Source of the DNA: a virus
Lineage: Duplodnaviria > Caudoviricetes
DNA: 33,559 nucleotides
Reading direction: 5' to 3' (one strand)
IMG/VR virus record: IMGVR_UViG_3300011335_000354
Span: 1-33,559 of that record
This document shows, in pieces, positions 8,083-15,145 of the stretch. Within the stretch, counting starts at the first letter, position 1; each line of letters opens with the position of its first letter. The translations under genes were made by a program, and so were the position numbers. Below the pieces are notes generated by a model. It was not told the origin of the DNA. It made no database searches and worked only from the letters and a program-made list of their open reading frames with translations.

Positions 8083-8241
8083 ATGCACGACATAAAACAA
8101 CAAATTGAAATTATTTGGGATGCACTAGAGGCTTACCGATCTGATCTTATCCCTGAAGGGGATGAACAATTTGACCAAATTTGGGATGATATTTGTACAT
8201 CAATGGCAGTTATTGAGGAAAATTTGAAGGTGGCAGCATGA
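8083..8241 (+). CDS. Small acidic early protein (52 aa)
   Basis: Starts at the third junction repeat. 13 D/E versus 3 K/R. Confidence 0.7.
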   Translation: MHDIKQQIEIIWDALEAYRSDLIPEGDEQFDQIWDDICTSMAVIEENLKVAA

Positions 8242-8408
8242 TCTATTTATTCGAGTTTTACGAACACAAAGATTATAAAGTTCACGCAATTTATGAGGAA
8301 TATCTAGGGGAAACAATAGGAAAAGCCCTTGAAAACCTTAAAGCCGCTTACCCTGATTCCCTTGTTTTAAATACCTACATTCACACTCACAGTTTGGGGA
8401 AAAAATGA
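8238..8408 (+). CDS. Hypothetical early protein (56 aa)
   Basis: Manual translation MIYLFEFYEHKDYKVHAIYEEYLGETIGKALENLKAAYPDSLVLNTYIHTHSLGKK. ATGA overlaps at both ends. Confidence 0.7.
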   Translation: MIYLFEFYEHKDYKVHAIYEEYLGETIGKALENLKAAYPDSLVLNTYIHTHSLGKK

Positions 8409-8581
8409 CGCAAATTGAAGCACTCACACAATGCCTAGTTCTGGCAATAACTGCACCAACTGATGAACAATCAGAAAAAGCAAACAATTTGGCTCAACAG
8501 ATAGCGCAAGGTTTAACCGATCTTCAAGTTGAACAATGTAAATATGATGCCCTTAATTTAATTGATGCGGAGGGTTTATGA
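8405..8581 (+). CDS. Hypothetical early protein (58 aa)
   Basis: Manual translation MTQIEALTQCLVLAITAPTDEQSEKANNLAQQIAQGL.... ATGA overlaps at both ends. Confidence 0.7.
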   Translation: MTQIEALTQCLVLAITAPTDEQSEKANNLAQQIAQGLTDLQVEQCKYDALNLIDAEGL

Positions 8582-8787
8582 TTCATTTAAAAACATTCAA
8601 AGCGGGAGAATTTGGCTATATTCAACCCCGAATGCATGGGACATTTGATGTTTGGCATGACCAAAAACGCTATATTTACAAAACAACAAAACCCAAAATT
8701 GCCCGTAACTTTATCTTAAATGCTTGGGATTTAAATAATGTGCGATTGTCGGGAAAATACCCCAATTACCAATTGGAGGTTTTGTGA
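8578..8787 (+). CDS. Hypothetical early protein (69 aa)
   Basis: GGAGGG RBS and ATGA overlap. Confidence 0.7.
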   Translation: MIHLKTFKAGEFGYIQPRMHGTFDVWHDQKRYIYKTTKPKIARNFILNAWDLNNVRLSGKYPNYQLEVL

Positions 8788-8837
8788 TCTATGCAATAGC
8801 GGCCCTAGTTCTTAGAATTCTGACAGGCAAGCGTTAA
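8784..8837 (+). CDS. Putative 17-aa hydrophobic micropeptide
   Basis: GGAGGT RBS, GTGA overlap, sequence MIYAIAALVLRILTGKR, ending just before the terminator. Confidence 0.45.
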   Translation: MIYAIAALVLRILTGKR

Positions 8838-8845
8838 ACCCTCCC

Positions 8846-8873
8846 AAACCCGCCATAAAAAAGCGGGTTTTTT
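8846..8873 (+). terminator. Intrinsic terminator of the early operon
   Basis: AAACCCGC-loop-GCGGGTTTTTT between convergent operons. Confidence 0.85.
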
Positions 8874-8939
8874 GTTGCCTGAAATTAGCCAATAAACCCA
8901 AAACCCTTGTGCACTCTTGCACCTATGCCAAAAAACCGC

Positions 8940-9242
8940 TCAAAACTCGTTTAAATCGGTTTTATGGGGCTTTTCTTGCATTAGTAGTCTGATGGTTTCA
9001 TTGAGTGCTGCCAACTCATCCATTTTGTACACGTTCCATAGTCTGCGTTGACCATGTATTCCGTTTACAGATCCTCTGTGGCAATCTGCACAAAGTGGCA
9101 TTGATGTGAACCATTGACCTTGGTTTATCTCATGGCATTCGCTTGGGGGGTTTGCCTGGCAGATAATGCATGGCATGAGTTTAATTTTGGCAATATGCAA
9201 CCTTTCACCTGCGTTAGGTTTGGGTTTATTCTTTGATTGCAT
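8940..9242 (-). CDS. Ref/DUF968-like HNH-type zinc nuclease
   Basis: PCIIC...ECHE...PLCADCHRG..GIHG motif. Start at 9242 by TAATG coupling. Confidence 0.7.
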   Translation of the reverse strand: MQSKNKPKPNAGERLHIAKIKLMPCIICQANPPSECHEINQGQWFTSMPLCADCHRGSVNGIHGQRRLWNVYKMDELAALNETIRLLMQEKPHKTDLNEF

Positions 9243-9565
9243 TATTGGGTTGCCTTGATTTCCATTCGAGCAGAATATTGGTTTGTTCTCCACACCTCAA
9301 TTCTTGCTTCTGCTGCCCTCATTAAAAAGCGATATTCCTCCTCAAGGGTCACCGCCTGTCTAATGCCCTCTAATATCCCAACATAATCAGCGTGTGCATA
9401 AGCGTAAACCTCTTGTTTACCTAAAACCTCAGTTCCCGCTTGACTCATTAATTGGGCTTTGCGGGATTTTCTAAACTCTTCCAAGTACATCCGATCCGCT
9501 TTTGCTTTGGCATAAAGTGGTGCAGTATCGATTAAGTATTGGATGGCTTTGGTGGGTTCGTTCAT
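9242..9565 (-). CDS. Hypothetical helical protein
   Basis: 107 aa coiled-coil-like ORF, coupled to its neighbours. Confidence 0.75.
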   Translation of the reverse strand: MNEPTKAIQYLIDTAPLYAKAKADRMYLEEFRKSRKAQLMSQAGTEVLGKQEVYAYAHADYVGILEGIRQAVTLEEEYRFLMRAAEARIEVWRTNQYSARMEIKATQ

Positions 9566-9726
9566 ACATCCTCGTATTGTTTTTCCATTGATGCGTGAAT
9601 AATCAATGCTTCTTGGATTTGTTCAGCAACAACTTTGCTTTCTTGCCTGTTTTTGTCGCTATAAAAGCTGGCAACAGTTAAAAGTTTGCAAGCCTTAATA
9701 AACAAATCTCTTTCTTGGTTGGTCAT
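9562..9726 (-). CDS. Hypothetical protein (54 aa) flanked by 12-bp direct repeats
   Basis: Manual translation MTNQERDLFIKACKLLTVASF...QYEDV. TCATACATCCTC occurs at 9562 and 9723. Confidence 0.65.
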   Translation of the reverse strand: MTNQERDLFIKACKLLTVASFYSDKNRQESKVVAEQIQEALIIHASMEKQYEDV

Positions 9727-9959
9727 ACATCCTCCAGTTTGTAGTTCAGTTTGTGATGCTGAAAACGCATGGCGGCTTCCATTTCCATCTCTTTAAACTG
9801 CTCATCCGAGAATAGCCCGATGACGTTGCGACCCTCAAACCAAACCTCTTTGATTGACTCGTTGTAGGTGGTTTCGCCATCATTCTCGTACTCGTAAACT
9901 ACTGTGACGATCTCGCTACCTTCGCCTGTGGTTGTATCAAATTCCCAAGTGCTTTCCAT
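9723..9959 (-). CDS. Acidic hypothetical protein
   Basis: 78 aa with an AGGAG RBS and its own promoter upstream. Confidence 0.75.
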   Translation of the reverse strand: MESTWEFDTTTGEGSEIVTVVYEYENDGETTYNESIKEVWFEGRNVIGLFSDEQFKEMEMEAAMRFQHHKLNYKLEDV

Positions 9960-9982
9960 TTTGGACTCCTGTTAAAAATTAA

Positions 9983-10025
9983 ATGTTATCAATGATTTTC
10001 TGTTTTTCTACTAGGATTTACCCTA
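9983..10025 (-). promoter_or_regulatory. Promoter: palindromic box plus extended -10
   Basis: Minus-strand TAGGGTAAATCCTA (10025-10012) and TGaTAACAT, with the hexamer at 9988-9983. Confidence 0.6.
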
Positions 10026-10449
10026 AGTCTTCCTTAACCATAACTTCCACTGCGGGGGTTTCTGCATAGACCTTGGTTACATGAAGATTTGTTACCTGTT
10101 TATCGTCAAGGATGATGATTCCTCCTTGGATCGCATCTAGGTGGCACTTGGCAATATTGTCCAAATCGGGCTTCTTTATTGGTTTGAGTATTCCTTCGAG
10201 GGCATCTTTTCGCTTTTGTTTTGAGAAAGACTTGGGTATCTCTACCCTGATGTAAATTGCGACTGTTACGGGGGTTTCTAGGGCTTCTGAACTACCCATT
10301 GCTTCCTTTGCCACTATCCTGATTTCATCTTCATAGGATTTAGTTTTTTGTGGAGTGTAAGTAGAAACAAAATTCCCTCTACGGGCAAACCTTGGGCGAC
10401 CTTTTCCTACTGGTTCTCCATAGACTATGTACATCACCATAAAGCTCAT
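10018..10449 (-). CDS. rusA: RusA-family Holliday junction resolvase
   Basis: Motifs GEPVGKGRPRF, KPDLDNIAK..LDA and DDKQV. Confidence 0.92.
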   Translation of the reverse strand: MSFMVMYIVYGEPVGKGRPRFARRGNFVSTYTPQKTKSYEDEIRIVAKEAMGSSEALETPVTVAIYIRVEIPKSFSKQKRKDALEGILKPIKKPDLDNIAKCHLDAIQGGIIILDDKQVTNLHVTKVYAETPAVEVMVKEDLG

Positions 10450-10658
10450 AGAAGTGTCCCATCCCTTATTCTGTTCATATATTCTCGGATTCTGTCTCTA
10501 GCACCCGTACCATAGATTCTTTCAGCCCTTTCAAGCCGACCACGGACAAAATCTCTGTCCTTGTTTGTCTCCCAAGTGCGGAACAACTCTCTGGCCTCTG
10601 CTTGCTCAAGAATTACTCTGTCACCAGGGTTTTCTTTGTTACGTCTACTCCAAGTCAC
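10446..10658 (-). CDS. Hypothetical protein
   Basis: About 70 aa, with an ATGA overlap with rusA. Exact start uncertain. Confidence 0.65.
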   Translation of the reverse strand: MTWSRRNKENPGDRVILEQAEARELFRTWETNKDRDFVRGRLERAERIYGTGARDRIREYMNRIRDGTLL

Positions 10659-10752
10659 CAGTTAATTCCAATGCTTTGTTTATCAGGTAAAGCGGAACAT
10701 TCTTTCCTTCTTTTACTTTGTCTAACAGTTGGTGGGCTTCATAGTGGCTCAT
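10645..10752 (-). CDS. Hypothetical protein (35 aa)
   Basis: Manual translation MSHYEAHQLLDKVKEGKNVPLYLINKALELTGDLE. ATGA overlap. Confidence 0.6.
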   Translation of the reverse strand: MSHYEAHQLLDKVKEGKNVPLYLINKALELTGDLE

Positions 10753-10958
10753 TCTTCAGCAGGAGATTGAATTCCTGTCCATCTTTCTGTTTGCTGCTTA
10801 ACCATTTCTGGCAGTAAATTTAAAAGTATCTTTGTTTGTTCAGGGGTTATCAAAACCTGAGTTTGGCGACCACATTCAAAACAATCTTGTTTAAACACCA
10901 AATAACCAACATCAGAAATAAAAAACTCTGTTGGGTAAGAATCTAAAAAGTTCATCAT
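10749..10958 (-). CDS. Hypothetical protein
   Basis: 69 aa with an AAGGAG RBS and ATGA overlap. Confidence 0.7.
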   Translation of the reverse strand: MMNFLDSYPTEFFISDVGYLVFKQDCFECGRQTQVLITPEQTKILLNLLPEMVKQQTERWTGIQSPAEE

Positions 10959-11719
10959 TTACTCCTTAATTGAGCCATAGTTTGTCGGATGTGTTCAGGC
11001 ATTGGGGTGGCTTTTTTTGCATCCTCAATGATTTTTAGTAAAGCAGGGTCAGGCTCATTTGATGGAGGAACTGTGAGCCTCCCAACGTCATAAGCATTTG
11101 GTTTTACAGCTTTGGTGTTTCTCACCCAGTTTCTCCAAGTTGCATCCCAATCCAACTTGACACCCTTTTGACCCGCTTGGGCAACCCAATAATCTTTGAA
11201 CTGTTCAGCAACCTGACGAACATCTAGGTCTGGTCTTTCCTGAGTAGCCCAATCTCCCATTGATTTACTGAGAAACCAATCTTGGGCGAGGCGTGAGCCA
11301 CGCTTGTTCTTCTCTTTCTTCTTATCTGATTCTGTATCTGTATCTGTATCTGTATCTATAGCGTTACTTGGGCGTTTCTGTAACGTTTCATTAGCGTTAC
11401 TTGCCTGTTTCTTTTTATTACGATGCTTGGCAACCCGCATGGTGCTTGAGTCTGAGACAAATTGACGTTTATCCCAATTTAGTAAATTCCAATGTTTATC
11501 AATGAAATTCTTACTGATAAACAACTGCTTAGTTTGTTCCAATTCTTCTGTGGATAACCTTAGTTGAAACGCTATCTCTGTTTCATGTAACGTTTCAAGT
11601 GTTTCGCTACATCGGAGGCATAAAAGCATGACATAGCGTCTTTGCATTGCCTCTGAAAGCATTTGAACTTTAGGGTCGTGTGCGAACTCTGAATAGAGTC
11701 TAAACCATGGATTAGCCAT
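10955..11719 (-). CDS. Phage replication initiator (replisome organiser / lambda O-like)
   Basis: N-terminal WFRLYSEFAHDPKVQML, a DTDTDTDTE linker, and a C-terminal GSRL..DW...FKDYW...DWDATWRNW domain, all typical of lambdoid initiators. Confidence 0.8.
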   Translation of the reverse strand: MANPWFRLYSEFAHDPKVQMLSEAMQRRYVMLLCLRCSETLETLHETEIAFQLRLSTEELEQTKQLFISKNFIDKHWNLLNWDKRQFVSDSSTMRVAKHRNKKKQASNANETLQKRPSNAIDTDTDTDTESDKKKEKNKRGSRLAQDWFLSKSMGDWATQERPDLDVRQVAEQFKDYWVAQAGQKGVKLDWDATWRNWVRNTKAVKPNAYDVGRLTVPPSNEPDPALLKIIEDAKKATPMPEHIRQTMAQLRSK

Positions 11720-11750
11720 AATGTGTGCCGCTTTTTAAAACACCCTTGAA

Positions 11751-11818
11751 GGAATTGCCAGCAGGAGAAGGGATAACTCTTTTCGGTGCGCTCATGACTT
11801 CGCACCTAGCTGGATTCC
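11751..11818. ncRNA. Multi-stem structured element in the 5' leader of the replication gene
   Basis: GGAAT..CCAGC/GCTGG.ATTCC encloses AGAAGGG-ATAA-CTCTTTT and GGTGCG-CTCATGACTT-CGCACC. Confidence 0.5.
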
Positions 11819-11847
11819 ATAATATCAAACTTATTCTACTTTGTAAA
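11819..11847 (-). promoter_or_regulatory. Sigma70 promoter for the replication gene
   Basis: TTTACA (11847-11842), 17-nt spacer, TATTAT (11824-11819), with a TG extension. Confidence 0.65.
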
Positions 11848-12210
11848 TCAAATAAATTGATTATTTGTGATTTCATTAGTTTTTGGTTTGCCAAGCAAAC
11901 GAATAGCTTGGTTGTTCATAGCCGCATACTCAGCCTTGGAGAAGATGCCTTTAGCGTTTCTGATGTCAAAGGGGTTTAGCAGATCACGAGGTTCTTCTAC
12001 TTTTTTAGCCTCAATCAGGTGTGGTGCTAGGGTGTACCTACAGACCCATGAACGACCCATCTTTATCTTCTCAATTGTCATTTTCTTTTTATAGCGCATC
12101 TTTGTGCAACAAGCAGCAATGTGTAGCCTTGGTATGCCTGTTAAATCCTCTAGTTCGTAGGAAGTAAGTGGGCCGTTTTGCAAGGCTTTGATGATGGCTT
12201 CTTGGGTCAT
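11848..12210 (-). CDS. Winged helix-turn-helix protein
   Basis: IIKALQNGPLTSYELEDLTGIPRLHIAACCTKM HTH pattern followed by wing strands. Confidence 0.7.
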   Translation of the reverse strand: MTQEAIIKALQNGPLTSYELEDLTGIPRLHIAACCTKMRYKKKMTIEKIKMGRSWVCRYTLAPHLIEAKKVEEPRDLLNPFDIRNAKGIFSKAEYAAMNNQAIRLLGKPKTNEITNNQFI

Positions 12211-12386
12211 TTGTAAAGGTTCTCCAGGTTGATTGGTCGGTTAAGGTGTATCTCTATTGCCCTACCAAATAAAGCAGTCATAGCGGCTTCTAAGTCCTCT
12301 GGTTGGTTAATGTAAGCGTCAGCCATTGTCTCTGCATAAGCAAGCAAGGTTTCGGCACATTGGAGTTCAATTTGTTCTAGGTTCAT
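12207..12386 (-). CDS. Hypothetical protein (59 aa)
   Basis: Manual translation MNLEQIELQCAETLLAYAETMADAY.... ATGA overlap with the next gene. Confidence 0.65.
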   Translation of the reverse strand: MNLEQIELQCAETLLAYAETMADAYINQPEDLEAAMTALFGRAIEIHLNRPINLENLYK

Positions 12387-12442
12387 AAGAGGGAAGAGGG
12401 AGAGGAAGGGCTATTTATTAATAGGACAAGTCTTTTCAGATT

Positions 12443-12510
12443 AGCATAGAAAAAACTTTGCGGAAGTAGGGAAAACCCCTATGTAAAAGCCTAAAAAGGT
12501 GTGGCACATT
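12443..12510. promoter_or_regulatory. Divergent promoter region centred on a palindromic box
   Basis: TAGGGAAAACCCCTA at 12467-12481, rightward TGgCACATT (12502-12510), leftward TATGCT (12448-12443). Confidence 0.55.
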
Positions 12511-12553
12511 ATGGGTGTGGGCAAACAGTAACCCACGTTTAAAAGGAGTAAAT

Positions 12554-12721
12554 ATGAATATGTATCAGACAAACAGGGCAATCAAAACATTGCGCCTAGC
12601 GGCTCATTCAGCCCCATTACCAATGGAGGTGCATGACCAAATAACAGCATCATTGATTGATCTTTTGCGTCATCGAATTGCTTTGAAAGAAGCAAAGAAA
12701 AACTTAAAATCCATTGCTTAA
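12554..12721 (+). CDS. Hypothetical protein (55 aa)
   Basis: AGGAG RBS before ATG at 12554. AGGAGTAAATATG repeats at 12544 and 12723. Confidence 0.7.
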   Translation: MNMYQTNRAIKTLRLAAHSAPLPMEVHDQITASLIDLLRHRIALKEAKKNLKSIA

Positions 12722-12732
12722 CAGGAGTAAAT

Positions 12733-12933
12733 ATGCCAATTCTTAATGGAAAAAAGGTCATAGACCTAGAAGTAGATGGGGTAGATAGCAGAGACTTCCC
12801 AGACTTTTGTGATGCCTACTTCTCAAGTGGATGCTACGAAGATGGAACACCACTCACAGAAGATGAGTTAGATAAACTCACTATTCTGGCGGGTGATGTT
12901 CTGTGGACAATGGCTTATGAAAGTTTCCACTGA
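12733..12933 (+). CDS. Acidic hypothetical protein
   Basis: 66 aa with an AGGAG RBS. Confidence 0.75.
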   Translation: MPILNGKKVIDLEVDGVDSRDFPDFCDAYFSSGCYEDGTPLTEDELDKLTILAGDVLWTMAYESFH

Positions 12934-13118
12934 TGAAAACACTATTCCAGACCTATGTGGAAGAGTTTTCTGACATCCACTACTGTCCTTATTGCCTGAC
13001 AATCAAGGGAAACAAAATAGTCTGTTGCCAAGAAGCAGACTTCATTGAGTTCAAGGATTTAGACCTTGACCAACAAAAAGCAATCATTGAAGACGAGTTT
13101 GATACTTACAGGAGTTAA
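12933..13118 (+). CDS. Small Cys-containing hypothetical protein
   Basis: 61 aa, YCPYC...VCC, TGATG coupling. Confidence 0.7.
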   Translation: MKTLFQTYVEEFSDIHYCPYCLTIKGNKIVCCQEADFIEFKDLDLDQQKAIIEDEFDTYRS

Positions 13119-13119
13119 T

Positions 13120-13782
13120 ATGAATACTTACACACAAGACCCAAACCAACCAGGTCTATTGGTTGAGCGCAAAGAGTTAATTGCAAAACTGTTGGCAACA
13201 AACGTCAATGGGCATCTTGAGAAAAAGAACGGCTTATCCTACCTATCATGGGCTTGGGCATGGGCAGAAGCCCTTAAAGCTGATGCAGACGCTACTTACA
13301 AGGTAGAGATGTTTGATGGCAAGTGCTTTATGGACATTAACGGCACAGCAATGGTGTTCGTTACAGTCAACATGTTCAAAAAGCCAATGACTTGCCAGTT
13401 ACCCGTTATGGACTATCGGAACAAGGCTATACCCAATCCTGATGCTTTTGCGGTCAATACAGCCATTATGAGGTGCATGACCAAGGCTTTAGCCCTACAT
13501 GGACTCTCTTTGTACATCTATGCGGGTGAAGACCTCCCAGAAGAGGGTAGATCAGTCGTTATCACCCCTACTCAGGGTGCAATGGATAACATTCCCCAAG
13601 AGGAATTACAGTACTTGCAAGAGTTGGCAGTCGATTTGATTGCTATGTGTGAGCAAGGTGATCCCAAGTTAGCTTGGGAAAGGCTAGAGGGAGAGAACCT
13701 AGATGACCAACAGAAAATAGCTCTCTGGACATTATTGCCAAGCAAAGTAAGAAGTGCCCTGAAAAAGGCTAAGGAGTTATAA
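13120..13782 (+). CDS. Sak-like (DUF1071, Rad52-like) single-strand annealing protein
   Basis: Motifs EKKNGLSYLSWAWAW, LPVMDYRNK and MRCMTKALALHGLSLYIYAGEDLP. AGGAG RBS before 13120. Confidence 0.88.
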   Translation: MNTYTQDPNQPGLLVERKELIAKLLATNVNGHLEKKNGLSYLSWAWAWAEALKADADATYKVEMFDGKCFMDINGTAMVFVTVNMFKKPMTCQLPVMDYRNKAIPNPDAFAVNTAIMRCMTKALALHGLSLYIYAGEDLPEEGRSVVITPTQGAMDNIPQEELQYLQELAVDLIAMCEQGDPKLAWERLEGENLDDQQKIALWTLLPSKVRSALKKAKEL

Positions 13783-14268
13783 ATGGAAAGTGAAGACATA
13801 CGCCCAATAGATTTTTTGCCAAACACATTTATTTCCAGAGATGGTCGATTGTGGAGGAATGGCAAAGAAAAGAAATTTACTATTGCAAAAGTAGGTTATG
13901 AAGTTGTTAGTTTTTCAAATAATGACAAAACAAAAACTTATTACAAACACCGATTGCTTCTTCATGCTTTTGTTGGCAAATGTCCAGATGGATGCGAAGT
14001 ATTGCATATCAACGGAAATAAGCTAGATAACAGGCTTGAAAATTTAAGATGGGGAACAAGAAAAGAAAATGTTGCCGATTCTATTAAACATGGTGTAGCA
14101 ACCATTGGTGCAAGAAATGGTCAAGCACAATTAACTGTTGATATGGTTAAAGTTATTCGTCAATTTAGTTTGACGAAAGATTCTGTAGAAAAACTATCAG
14201 ATCAATTTCAAGTGTCTAATTATGTAATTAGAAGAGTTTTAAATGGGTTAACGTATAAAGGAATATGA
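13783..14268 (+). mobile_element. Free-standing HNH homing endonuclease
   Basis: HRLLLHAF...VLHINGNKLDNRLENLRW. AT-rich and inserted between the SSAP and SSB-like genes. Confidence 0.9.
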
Positions 14269-14525
14269 AAATGGAAAATGATCGACAAACTCGGGATAAT
14301 AGTGGCGTACTTTTCCGCAATGACAAACGTGAGAACGAAAAAGCTCCAAATTATAAGGGAAACATTACTGTTGGTGGCAAAGACTATTGGTTATCAGCAT
14401 GGATTAAAGAAGGAAAGTCAGGCAAATTCATGGGGTTAGCGGTATCTCCTAAAGAAGAATATAAAGCCAAACCTTCCGAGCGTTCTAAGGCAACAGGGTT
14501 CGATGACCAAGACTTGCCCTTTTAG
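14265..14525 (+). CDS. SSB-like protein
   Basis: 86 aa, NSGVLFRND...PNYKG...YWLSAW, with an SSB-type acidic tail DDQDLPF. Adjacent to the SSAP. Confidence 0.7.
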   Translation: MKMENDRQTRDNSGVLFRNDKRENEKAPNYKGNITVGGKDYWLSAWIKEGKSGKFMGLAVSPKEEYKAKPSERSKATGFDDQDLPF

Positions 14526-14534
14526 GAGAAACAA

Positions 14535-14729
14535 ATGTATTTTGCTATCAGCCCAAATTCTTATGTAGGTTATGGGAAGTCACCATATCTTGCACTTGAA
14601 GATTTAAATGATACAGACCATGAATCTCACTGTTTAACAGATGTAACTTTTTTCAAAGGGCAAGAGATCAATGTTACTTTAGAAGAAGTACCTACAGTCG
14701 TAGTTGTAAAAACAACTAAAAAAAAGTAA
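14535..14729 (+). CDS. Hypothetical protein
   Basis: 64 aa with an AGGAG RBS. Confidence 0.7.
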   Translation: MYFAISPNSYVGYGKSPYLALEDLNDTDHESHCLTDVTFFKGQEINVTLEEVPTVVVVKTTKKK

Positions 14730-14738
14730 ACTTTAATC

Positions 14739-14794
14739 GAGGGGAGAGCTGTGCAAAGGATTTTCCTAGCTTGCAGACGAGCAGTTTTCCCCTC
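14739..14794 (+). other. Long bulged hairpin in an intergenic region
   Basis: GAGGGGAGAGCTG/CAGTTTTCCCCTC outer stem (two G-U pairs), then TGCAA/TTGCA and AGGA-TTT-TCCT. Confidence 0.55.
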
Positions 14795-14809
14795 ACCCAA
14801 TAGGAGTGA

Positions 14810-15145
14810 ATGATGAGTACATTTTTTGATAACATGAATGAGACAGTCGGTAGATTCTTTGGTCAACCAGCATTTAAGTTGGTGAGAAAAGACGACCCTA
14901 CAACGAGCCATGAGGCTGCCCAGAAGGTTGATAGCACCAAGCTAGAAAGTATGGTCTACGAAGCCATTAAACGCCATCCAGAGGGTTGTATTTCCGATGA
15001 GATACTGGAGATGTACCCAAATTATCCATATTCCTCTATAACAGCACGATACAAGTCTCTGTTAGACAAGGGATTCATTGAAGTAACGGGTGTCAGACGT
15101 GGCAAGTTTGGCAGAAATCAGAGAATTATGAAGGCGACAAAATGA
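14810..15145 (+). CDS. Winged-helix DNA-binding-like protein
   Basis: RKDDPTTSHEAA followed by SDEI...SSITARYKSLLDKGFIEVTG.R wHTH pattern. Confidence 0.7.
   Translation: MMSTFFDNMNETVGRFFGQPAFKLVRKDDPTTSHEAAQKVDSTKLESMVYEAIKRHPEGCISDEILEMYPNYPYSSITARYKSLLDKGFIEVTGVRRGKFGRNQRIMKATK

Noticed and set aside
11781-11800. Hammerhead-like GUCAUGAG...GAAA on the minus strand
   Set aside because: The core would need CUGANGA. The conserved C3 and G5 are absent and the sequence lies in a hairpin loop.
11572-11979. ORFs spanning the leader of the replication gene
   Set aside because: They overlap a clear promoter, the structured leader and real genes, and have no coding features.
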